Below are positions 47,589 through 56,058 of a stretch of DNA of 56,058 nucleotides, one piece after another (the first letter of the stretch is position 1; every line of letters begins with the position of its first letter). The stretch lies in sequence record DRR378314_232. The stretch is one strand, 5' to 3'. A program made the position numbers and the translations under genes. The notes under the pieces are model-generated. The model saw only the letters and a program-made list of their open reading frames with translations. It was not told the origin of the DNA and made no database searches.

Positions 47589-49709
47589 TTAAAAATTCTT
47601 CAATTGCTCCAAAGCTTCCTTGGCCGTAGCTACCGGAAGCTTACAGGTATGATCCTGACAGACATAAATATAGGTCCCATCATCCGAGTAACGCCCTTTA
47701 AACAATGGCATTTCACTATCTTTATCACTACCCACAATCAAGGTGTTGGGCAAATTTTGTTGTTGTAATTCAGCTAACAATGGCTTGGCATCATTGCCCA
47801 CAACCGCAATTTCATAAAAAGGATATGCCGTTTTCAACAGTAGGGAATTCCATTTTGAGTAATTATAGGCGTTTTCCTCCAATACCGAAATCATAGAGGA
47901 AAGCATGGACCTTGCCTTTAAGGTAGCTTCCTTATCATAATCTATATGTCCCAAAAGAAACAGATTTTCTGCCATAACCGCATTGGGCGAAGGCAATACC
48001 CCATCATCGGTTTTAATTATCTGGGCAATTAATTCGTCATCGGAGTTAAAACTGTACATCCCAGAATTTTCATCCGCAAATTTGTCCTTGGCCATTTGAT
48101 TCATTTCTTTGGCAAAGTCCAAATAGGAATTGGACATTGTTGTACTGTACAATTTTAAAGAGGCATTGGCCAAAAAGGAATAATCCTCCAGAAAACCATC
48201 GCTCTTTTTACTTCCCTTTTTATAGGTATGTATCAACTGATCTTTATTCAGACTATTTTTTTCAATAAAACGAAAGACGTCCTCGGCTTTTTCCAAATAA
48301 GCAGATTCGTTAAAAACATTATAAGCATCCACAAAACCGTTGATCAACAAGGCGTTCCATGAGGTAATGATCTTATCATCGGTATTTGGCCTAATTCTTT
48401 TATTCCTCGCGGTCAAAATTTTGCTTTGCCACCTTGCCTGCACACCGTCCCAATCTTCTGCCGTAATATCATTTTCCTTCATGAAATCCTCATCCCCTGA
48501 GTTCCTAAAAAGAACATAGGAATCGTTTTCCCATATATTGGAACGCTTAATATTATAGTATTTGGCAAATAAGTCATAATCGGATCCTAAAACCGACTTT
48601 AATTCCTCTTCTTTCCAAACGTAAAATTTACCTTCCTCGCCTTCACTATCGGCATCAATGGCTGCATAATAGCCGCCATCCGGATTTTTCATTTCCCTAT
48701 CCAAAAAAGCAATAGTCTCTTCCACTACCTTTTTGTACATAGGCTCTTTAAACAACTTATAGGCCTTGGAGTAAAGACTCAATAATTGCGCATTGTCATA
48801 TAGCATTTTCTCAAAATGCGGCACCTTCCATTGCGCATCGGTACTATACCTATAAAATCCGCCGGCTATATGATCGTAAACGCCTCCCCAAGCTATTCTG
48901 TCCAAAGTGGTTTTAACAAAATCCATAGCATCCTTATCCTCTGTTAAAACTGCATAATCCAAAAGAAAGTCAAGATTAACGGGAATCATAAATTTCTGTG
49001 ACCCTATATTTCCTCCCCATTTTAAGTCCCAGTTCTCCTTCCATTTTTCAACGCTGTTTTTTAAAACCTCCGGGGTCAACATTCCCAAATCCGAAACCGG
49101 CTGTATTATATTTACTTCCTGAATGCCTTGGGCCACCATATCGGCATACTCATTGGCTTTTTTGGGGTCGTTCTTATAAAGTTTGCTTACTTCGGCCAAA
49201 ACTTTGCTCCATTGTTCCTTAGTGTGGTAAGTACCCCCATAAATGGGTTTTCCATTGGGCAGGGTAATCACGTTCAAAGGCCAGCCTCCATTACCATTAA
49301 TAAGCTGTAAGGCAGTCATATACACATGATCCACATCTGGTCTTTCCTCCCTATCCACTTTTATACTTATGAAGTTTTCATTCATCAATTTGGCCACTTC
49401 CTCATCCTCAAAGGTCTCTTCTTCCATTACATGGCACCAATGACAGGATGAATAACCAACACTTACCAATACCAACTTATCCTCCTTTTTAGCATCTTCC
49501 AAAGCAGTTGGACTCCATGGTCTCCAATTTACAGGATTGTGGGCGTGTTGCAACAAATATGGACTAGTTTCATGAATAAGGTCATTCGTGTATTTATGGT
49601 CGTTTTTCTGACCTTTTATATCGGAACAGGAAAATAAGATCATTGTCAACAGAAAAAATAGATTACAAAAAAAAAGCCTAAGGCACATATTTCGGGTCAT
49701 AAACTGCAA
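47589..49709 (-). CDS. Thioredoxin domain-containing protein, YyaL/SSP411 (DUF255) family
   Basis: [49 protein letters not shown]. Start uncertain; possible lipobox LFSC. Confidence 0.92.
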   Translation of the reverse strand: MQFMTRNMCLRLFFCNLFFLLTMILFSCSDIKGQKNDHKYTNDLIHETSPYLLQHAHNPVNWRPWSPTALEDAKKEDKLVLVSVGYSSCHWCHVMEEETFEDEEVAKLMNENFISIKVDREERPDVDHVYMTALQLINGNGGWPLNVITLPNGKPIYGGTYHTKEQWSKVLAEVSKLYKNDPKKANEYADMVAQGIQEVNIIQPVSDLGMLTPEVLKNSVEKWKENWDLKWGGNIGSQKFMIPVNLDFLLDYAVLTEDKDAMDFVKTTLDRIAWGGVYDHIAGGFYRYSTDAQWKVPHFEKMLYDNAQLLSLYSKAYKLFKEPMYKKVVEETIAFLDREMKNPDGGYYAAIDADSEGEEGKFYVWKEEELKSVLGSDYDLFAKYYNIKRSNIWENDSYVLFRNSGDEDFMKENDITAEDWDGVQARWQSKILTARNKRIRPNTDDKIITSWNALLINGFVDAYNVFNESAYLEKAEDVFRFIEKNSLNKDQLIHTYKKGSKKSDGFLEDYSFLANASLKLYSTTMSNSYLDFAKEMNQMAKDKFADENSGMYSFNSDDELIAQIIKTDDGVLPSPNAVMAENLFLLGHIDYDKEATLKARSMLSSMISVLEENAYNYSKWNSLLLKTAYPFYEIAVVGNDAKPLLAELQQQNLPNTLIVGSDKDSEMPLFKGRYSDDGTYIYVCQDHTCKLPVATAKEALEQLKNF

Positions 49710-49788
49710 ATATTGTTCAGTTTTGAAAAATACAACAAATCATTTCAATTATAGTAGAATAAAATAAAGTTCTAAGCCCATAAAACTG

Positions 49789-50520
49789 TTAATTTTCGAC
49801 CGCAGCCTGCTTTTTTTGCAACATAAACCATTCATATAGCTCCTTGTTTTCATATGCCCTGTCCCATGCATTATGACCTACACCCTTGTAAATCGTAAAA
49901 TCCACATTGTATCCCATTTCCTTTAATTTAGCAACCATTTCAATGGATTCCGATATGGGAATCGACTTATCCTGATCACCATGATAAACACGGATCGGCA
50001 TATTTTTATTGATCCAAGAAGCATACGGCACAGGGGTCATTCCGCAAACTACGGCCAAGGCGGCAAATTTATCCGGATATTGGACCGCCATTTCCCAGGC
50101 TGCACCCCCACCCCTACTAAGGCCGGTAAGGTATATTTTATTTTCGTCCACCTTATTGGTGGCGATGATACTGTCCAGGAGTTGATTTACTGCCCTAGTG
50201 TTCCACCACATTTTTTCTTGGGGATTCTGTGGGGCCAAGATTAGAAAAGGAAATTTCTTGCCACCGGAAATTAGTTTTGGGGGGCCGTTTCGCTTAACAG
50301 ATTTTAAATCCCCCCCGGATTCTCCTCCGCCATGTAAAAAAAGCAACAAGGGAAACTTTTCCTCCGGATCTACCTCATAATTCCCTGGGTAATATAGGTA
50401 ATACCTTAAGGTTTCGGAGGTAACAACCTCCATTTTGGAATTGATCAGTTCAGGAGAGGCTTGGGAGGCACAGCCTTCAAAAATAAAGAGGCAGCAAAAA
50501 ATTAAAACTATAGTTTTCAT
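49789..50520 (-). CDS. Alpha/beta hydrolase, predicted peptidase/esterase family lipoprotein
   Basis: FLHGGGE, APQ, GLSRGG nucleophile, HGDQD, GVGH. Start reassigned to MKTIVL at 50520. Confidence 0.85.
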   Translation of the reverse strand: MKTIVLIFCCLFIFEGCASQASPELINSKMEVVTSETLRYYLYYPGNYEVDPEEKFPLLLFLHGGGESGGDLKSVKRNGPPKLISGGKKFPFLILAPQNPQEKMWWNTRAVNQLLDSIIATNKVDENKIYLTGLSRGGGAAWEMAVQYPDKFAALAVVCGMTPVPYASWINKNMPIRVYHGDQDKSIPISESIEMVAKLKEMGYNVDFTIYKGVGHNAWDRAYENKELYEWFMLQKKQAAVEN

Positions 50521-50794
50521 TGGTTCATTTATATTGTTTGATTTGGGAATCCCTATCTTTGTTGAAGGCCATATCCCAAAAATATCATAGATATCAATCA
50601 GTATTCCAAATTGGTTGAAAATCCGCAAATTGATGCATTTTTATTTAACTTACCCGCTGTTTATACTTTTATTTAACATTCAGGATTATTCCTTAAACAA
50701 AAAATAGAATAATAGTTATAAATGTCTAAATGTATTTTCTTTTCGGGTTTTCGTTTTACTTTGGTACATTTATCCAGCAAACAAAAAATTTAGT

Positions 50795-51817
50795 ATGAAG
50801 AAAGTCATCACTTTCGGTGAGATCCTTTTAAGACTGTCTACCGAAAGACACCTTCGGTTTTCACAGGCCACCAATTTTAACGCTACCTATGGAGGCGGAG
50901 AGTTTAACGTAGCGGTATCCCTAGCCAATTATGGGTTTGATGCTGAATTCGTTACCCGTTTGCCAAAGAACGACATAGGGGAATGTGCCCTTCAAGAAAT
51001 TAGAAAACACAACGTGGCCACCTCTAATATACAGTTTGGTGGAGACCGTCTTGGAATTTATTTTTTGGAAACAGGCGCCGGTACCCGGGGAAGCAAGGTG
51101 GTCTATGATAGGGCCAACAGTGCCATTGCAGAAATAGAGACAAACACTATAGATTGGAAGGCAGTATTCAAGGATGCCAATTGGTTTCACTGGAGCGGGG
51201 TTACCCCGGCAATTTCCAGTAAGGCGGCGGCCGTTTGCCTAGAGGCGGTGAAGGCTGCCCATAAAATGGGAATTACTATTTCATCGGATTTGAATTATCG
51301 TTCCAAATTATGGAAATACGGGAAAGAGCCAAAAGATATTATGCCTGAACTCTTAAAGTACAGCAATGTTATTTTAGGGGATCTGGATACGGCCTTTTTT
51401 ATGACAGGACAGGAACCGCAAGATCCTGACTATCAAGATATGGACTCCTTGCCGGAACTGTACGACCTGCTTTACAAAGGCTCTCCGGACCTAAGTTATG
51501 TGGCCACAACTTTGCGTTATTCCGTAAATGCTTCGCATCAAAAAATAGGCGGAATCCTATATGACGGAAAAAAAATACACTATGCAAAAATAAGGGAGGT
51601 AACCCCTGTGGTCGACCGGGTAGGGAGTGGCGATGCCTTTATGGGAGGCTTGATATACGGGCTTTCACAAGACAAAATAGATAATCAAAAAACAATAGAT
51701 TTTGCCGCGGCTGCCTGCTGTATCAAGCACACGATTACAGGCGATTTCAACTTGGCCACCCTTGAAGAGATTGAGCAATTGGCAGGGGGGAATTCCTCTG
51801 GAAAAGTAAGCAGGTAA
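50795..51817 (+). CDS. kdgK: 2-dehydro-3-deoxygluconokinase (PfkB family)
   Basis: FGEILLRL, GGGE.NVA, YDRA.SA, DLNYRSKLW, DRVGSGDAF; adjacent to the aldolase. Confidence 0.88.
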   Translation: MKKVITFGEILLRLSTERHLRFSQATNFNATYGGGEFNVAVSLANYGFDAEFVTRLPKNDIGECALQEIRKHNVATSNIQFGGDRLGIYFLETGAGTRGSKVVYDRANSAIAEIETNTIDWKAVFKDANWFHWSGVTPAISSKAAAVCLEAVKAAHKMGITISSDLNYRSKLWKYGKEPKDIMPELLKYSNVILGDLDTAFFMTGQEPQDPDYQDMDSLPELYDLLYKGSPDLSYVATTLRYSVNASHQKIGGILYDGKKIHYAKIREVTPVVDRVGSGDAFMGGLIYGLSQDKIDNQKTIDFAAAACCIKHTITGDFNLATLEEIEQLAGGNSSGKVSR

Positions 51818-51831
51818 AACAAATAAAACTT

Positions 51832-52500
51832 ATGTCACAATTTTCAAGAATTGAAGTAGCCGCATTAATGAAAGAAACGGGACTTGTACCCTTATTCTAT
51901 CATCCGGATGTGGATTTGGGAAAGAAAATATTAAAAGCATGCTACAATGGTGGTGCGCGATTAATTGAATTTACGGCACGTGGGGATTTCGCCCATGAAG
52001 TGTTTGCCGAACTAAATAAATTCGTCATTAAAGAATTGCCAGAAATGGCGGTAGGTGTAGGATCGGTAACCGATGCAGCAGCAGCCTCCCTTTATATGCA
52101 AATGGGTGCCAATTTCATTGTAACCCCTTCCTTGCGCGAAGATATTGCCGTGGTCTGTAATAGAAGAAAAGTATTATGGAGTCCGGGATGTGGCTCCCTA
52201 ACAGAAATAAACAGGGCTGAAGAATTGGGCTGCGAAATTATAAAATTATTCCCTGGTGCCAATTACGGACCAGACTTTGTAAAAGCTATTAAAGGACCAC
52301 AACCATGGACCAGTGTTATGCCAACAGGCGGGGTAACCTTGGAGGAATCCAATTTAAAAGGATGGTTCAATGCAGGGGTTACCTGTGTAGGCATGGGTTC
52401 TAACCTAATTAGCAAAACGGTAGTGGAAAACAGGGATTACAGTGGCCTGGAACAATCGGTAAGGGAAACATTGGCCCTAATCAAAAGAATACGGAGCTAG
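51832..52500 (+). CDS. eda: KDPG/KHG aldolase
   Basis: EFTAR, GVGSV, PGCGS.TEI, KLFPG, MPTGGV. Confidence 0.92.
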   Translation: MSQFSRIEVAALMKETGLVPLFYHPDVDLGKKILKACYNGGARLIEFTARGDFAHEVFAELNKFVIKELPEMAVGVGSVTDAAAASLYMQMGANFIVTPSLREDIAVVCNRRKVLWSPGCGSLTEINRAEELGCEIIKLFPGANYGPDFVKAIKGPQPWTSVMPTGGVTLEESNLKGWFNAGVTCVGMGSNLISKTVVENRDYSGLEQSVRETLALIKRIRS

Positions 52501-52546
52501 CAATAAGACCCATTAATTGCCCAGCTATTATTGTTATAATAAACGT

Positions 52547-52584
52547 AAAACCTCTGATATTCATGAAATCAGAGGTTTTTTTTT
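52547..52584. terminator. Bidirectional Rho-independent terminator between eda and uxuA
   Basis: AAAACCTCTGAT...ATCAGAGGTTTTTTTTT. Confidence 0.85.
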
Positions 52585-52626
52585 ATTTCCAAATATTGTT
52601 TCCCTAGGAAGGAAGCTTGATATACT

Positions 52627-53814
52627 TTATAAGGATCTTCGTATTCCCAATTCCAGCCCCCTTAATTCTGCAAGCCCCCTAAGTCTACCTATGGCAGAAT
52701 ACCCCGGGTTTGTCTTTTTCCTAAGGTCGTCCAACATTTTATGACCGTGATCTGGCCGCATTGGCATCCTTAAATCTTTTCTTCCGGCAGCACTTCTCTT
52801 TTGTTGCTCCTCTACCAAGGCTTTTAGCACGCCGAACATGTCTACATCCCCGGCCAAATGATCGGCCTCATGAAAATTACCTTTTTCATCGCGCTCTGTA
52901 CTTCTTAGGTGCATGAAATGTATACGATGCCCCAAGCGTTTCACCATACCCATCAAATCATTGTCTGCCCTAACCCCAAAAGAGCCGGTACAAAAGGTGA
53001 GTCCGTTGTTGGGACTATCCACTGCCTTATAAAGATCAAGAATGTCCTGCTCTGTACTTACTACCCTTGGCAATCCCAAAATTGGATAAGGTGGGTCATC
53101 GGGATGGATACACATACGCACCCCTTCTTTTTCGGCAATTGGGATTATGCTCTGTAAAAAAGAGAACAGATGTTGCTTTAGTTCCTTGGCACCAATTTGG
53201 TCATAGGTTGCCAAAATCTGATTAAACTCCTTTAAACTATATCCTTCTTCGGCCCCGGGAAGTCCAGCTATAATATTCTGTACCAATTTTTTTTGATCCT
53301 TCTCCGAAGTCTTTTCCAAATATTCCTTGGCCGCTTTCTGTTCTTCCTTGGAGTATGATTTTTCAGCCCCTGGACGTTTCAATAAAAAAAGTTCAAAAGC
53401 CGCAAAGGCGTCCTTTTCAAACCTCAAAGCCGTAGACCCATCCTCCTGTTCATAGTCTAGATTGGTCCGCGTCCAATCCAAAACGGGCATAAAATTGTAA
53501 CAAATAGTATCAATCCCACAGGATCCCAAATTAGAGATGGTGATCTTATAGTTCTCCACATACTTCTGAAAATCGCCCTGTTGCGTCTTAATACTTTCAT
53601 GAATGGGAACACTTTCTACAACAGACCAGGTCAAGCCCACTGCCTCTATCTCGGCCTTTCTCTTTTTAATTTCGTCCACTGGCCAAACTTCCCCATTGGG
53701 AATATGATGTAGGGCAGTAACCACTCCGGTAGCTCCTGATTGTTTAATATCCATTAAAGAAACAGGATCTTTGGGCCCGTACCATCTCCATGTATTTTCT
53801 AAAGTCAAACTCAT
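52627..53814 (-). CDS. uxuA: Mannonate dehydratase
   Basis: WRWYGP.D, WSVVES, CYNFMP.LDWTRT, HPDDPP, RPDHGH, PGYS.IGR. Confidence 0.96.
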   Translation of the reverse strand: MSLTLENTWRWYGPKDPVSLMDIKQSGATGVVTALHHIPNGEVWPVDEIKKRKAEIEAVGLTWSVVESVPIHESIKTQQGDFQKYVENYKITISNLGSCGIDTICYNFMPVLDWTRTNLDYEQEDGSTALRFEKDAFAAFELFLLKRPGAEKSYSKEEQKAAKEYLEKTSEKDQKKLVQNIIAGLPGAEEGYSLKEFNQILATYDQIGAKELKQHLFSFLQSIIPIAEKEGVRMCIHPDDPPYPILGLPRVVSTEQDILDLYKAVDSPNNGLTFCTGSFGVRADNDLMGMVKRLGHRIHFMHLRSTERDEKGNFHEADHLAGDVDMFGVLKALVEEQQKRSAAGRKDLRMPMRPDHGHKMLDDLRKKTNPGYSAIGRLRGLAELRGLELGIRRSL

Positions 53815-54079
53815 TAATATTATTTTTATAAATAAAACATTACTTCATTGGCGGAATTGCGACAATATTTTTACACCACTTGGTTTTCAAAATAAATAAT
53901 TTACCAAGATATTAATTTTATAAGTATTGCACAGACCATTTTCGGAAAGATTAAGAAAGTATCACAAAATATATTTTATTCTTAAACTTGATTAAAATTC
54001 CTTATCTTATTTAGGCATTTAAATACTTTGTACTACTTTTATCGATTCAACCAAAAATGAACAAAAAATCTAGCTCTCC

Positions 54080-56008
54080 ATGATTAAAAGTAAAATCGAC
54101 AAGGTTACCAGTTTTGAAAAACGGTTTGAAAAAATCAACACGGTCATCTTCGAATCTTCAGAGGTTGCGTCCAAAGCAGCTGCAGCTGAAATTGCGACAT
54201 TAATTAAGAAAAAACAAAAGGCCAAGGAAATGTGCGTTCTTGGACTCGCTACAGGTTCCACCCCAAAAAGGCTGTATGCCGAACTAGTTCGCCTGCACCG
54301 GGAGGAAGGTCTTAGTTTTAAAAATGTCATAGCCTTCAATTTGGACGAATATTACCCCATGGAACCAGATGCCATACAGAGTTATGTGCGTTTTATGAAG
54401 GAATTGCTCTTTAACCATGTAGATATAGAACCTGGAAATTTTCATATTCCGGACGGAACCTTGGAAAAAAAGGATATTGCGGATTACTGTAAGGATTACG
54501 AGGCCAAAATAGACGCATTGGGCGGCATTGATCTACAAGTCTTGGGTATTGGGGGCAACGGGCATATAGGTTTTAACGAATCCGGTTCCCTTCCCAACTC
54601 CAAAACCAGGTTGGTTACCTTGGACCATATTACAAGAGTAGCGGCCAGTAAAGATTTCCAAGGATTGTACAACACCCCAAAAACTGCCATTACACTTGGT
54701 ATAAAGCAAATAATGCAGGCCAAGCAGGTTATCCTTATGGCTTGGGGAGAAGGAAAATCCTCTATCATTAAAGCTTCTGTGGAGGGCCCTATTACGGAAC
54801 AGGTACCGGCATCATATCTACAGGAGCACCCAAACAGTGTATTCATCCTTGACAAAGGATCTTCTTCAAAACTTACCAGGGTAAGTACCCCATGGATCGT
54901 AGAGAAGGTAGAGTGGGATGAAAAAATGATCAAGAAAGCCGTTGTTGGACTGGCGTTAAGATTGGAGAAACCAGTTTTAATGTTGACCGAGGCCGATTAT
55001 ATCGAAAACGGTATGAGCGATTTGTTGACCGAAGTTGGGGATGCCTACGACATTAATATTAGGATCTTTAATAAACTACAGCACACCATTACCGGCTGGC
55101 CAGGAGGTAAACCCAACGCCGAGGACAGCAATAGACCGGAAAGAGCAAATCCCGCCAAAAAGCGCGTACTTATTTTTAGTCCGCATCCAGATGATGATAT
55201 CATTAGTATGGGAGGTACTTTCATGCGACTTCAAAACCAAGGCCATGAAGTGCACGTAGCGTACCAGACTTCCGGAAATATAGCTGTTGCCGATGACGAA
55301 GCCCTGCGATTCTCGGATTTCGTGATCGATTACAACCGTTCCTTTGGTCTTGACAACAAAAAATCTGTTGAAATCTACAAAAAGGCTACGGAGTTCATCA
55401 AGAACAAAAAGACCAGTGAAATAGATATTGAAGAAGTAAGAAACATAAAGGGTCTTATACGTAGAAGTGAGGCCAGGGCAACAAGTTATTACGTAGGACT
55501 TACGGATGAGCAGATACATTTTAACGATCTGCCCTTTTATGAAACCGGTACCATTGAGAAAAATCCTCCGGGAGAGGAAGATATCAAAATCACCATGGAT
55601 TTGATCGAAAAAATTAAACCGCACCAAATCTATGCTGCTGGCGATTTGGCGGATCCACATGGTACACATAAGGTGTGTTTGGACATTATTTTTGAGGCCC
55701 TAAAACGACTTAAGACTAAATCCTACATGAAGGATTGCTGGTTATGGTTGTACCGTGGAGCATGGCAAGAATGGGATATAGAAGATATTGAAATGGCCGT
55801 ACCTATGAGTCCAAGTCAGGTTTTGGCAAAGCGCTATGGAATTTTCAAACACCAATCCCAAAAAGACGGAGTGGTATTCCAAGGATCGGATTCCCGTGAA
55901 TTTTGGCAACGTGCAGAGGACAGGAACAAGGAAACTGCTACCAAATACGATGAATTGGGATTGGCACATTACGCTGCCATGGAAGCCTTTGTTCGCTACC
56001 ATTTTTAA
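54080..56008 (+). CDS. nagB: Glucosamine-6-phosphate deaminase fused to a PIG-L/LmbE-like domain
   Basis: LGLATGSTP, FNLDEY, GIGGNGHIGFNE; C-terminal SPHPDDD...HGTH. Confidence 0.93.
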   Translation: MIKSKIDKVTSFEKRFEKINTVIFESSEVASKAAAAEIATLIKKKQKAKEMCVLGLATGSTPKRLYAELVRLHREEGLSFKNVIAFNLDEYYPMEPDAIQSYVRFMKELLFNHVDIEPGNFHIPDGTLEKKDIADYCKDYEAKIDALGGIDLQVLGIGGNGHIGFNESGSLPNSKTRLVTLDHITRVAASKDFQGLYNTPKTAITLGIKQIMQAKQVILMAWGEGKSSIIKASVEGPITEQVPASYLQEHPNSVFILDKGSSSKLTRVSTPWIVEKVEWDEKMIKKAVVGLALRLEKPVLMLTEADYIENGMSDLLTEVGDAYDINIRIFNKLQHTITGWPGGKPNAEDSNRPERANPAKKRVLIFSPHPDDDIISMGGTFMRLQNQGHEVHVAYQTSGNIAVADDEALRFSDFVIDYNRSFGLDNKKSVEIYKKATEFIKNKKTSEIDIEEVRNIKGLIRRSEARATSYYVGLTDEQIHFNDLPFYETGTIEKNPPGEEDIKITMDLIEKIKPHQIYAAGDLADPHGTHKVCLDIIFEALKRLKTKSYMKDCWLWLYRGAWQEWDIEDIEMAVPMSPSQVLAKRYGIFKHQSQKDGVVFQGSDSREFWQRAEDRNKETATKYDELGLAHYAAMEAFVRYHF

Positions 56009-56058
56009 GCATCAATAAATTATAACACAAAAGAGGGCGTCTAAAAAGTATTTCAACC

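Overview
A gene-dense 56 kb chromosomal segment of a Bacteroidota bacterium, most likely a Flavobacteriaceae member. This is inferred from the gene content, the AT-rich leaders without Shine-Dalgarno sequences and several TAnnTTTG -7 promoter elements. I see no rRNA, tRNA, CRISPR array, integrase or transposase. From left to right: (1) 93-12407 holds a FadL-like outer-membrane channel divergent from an 8-gene operon. The operon encodes a Na+ symporter, a FucP-type MFS transporter, two paralogous lipoprotein esterases, a GH92 alpha-mannosidase, an Asp-box propeller and two ceramidase-like Zn amidohydrolases. It has no SusC/D and is the best candidate for an undescribed system, plausibly for glycolipid or acylated-mannoside breakdown. 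(2) A DEDDh/GIY-YIG nuclease follows. (3) A SulP transporter, an MBL-rhodanese gene and an unannotated 42-aa membrane ORF each carry a Crp/Fnr-type box at the same spacing from the -7 element, with a Crp/Fnr regulator gene nearby. (4) Housekeeping genes include a lolC/E-like permease, namZ, a RidA-family gene, gap, pfkA, tamB (probable ATC start), tsaD and rsmE. (5) A GMC oxidoreductase plus Tat small-subunit module is tandemly duplicated with its upstream DNA conserved (glycoside 3-dehydrogenase-like). (6) The window ends with kdgK-eda, uxuA and a nagB-PIG-L fusion. All functional calls come from motif recognition by eye; no searches were run.
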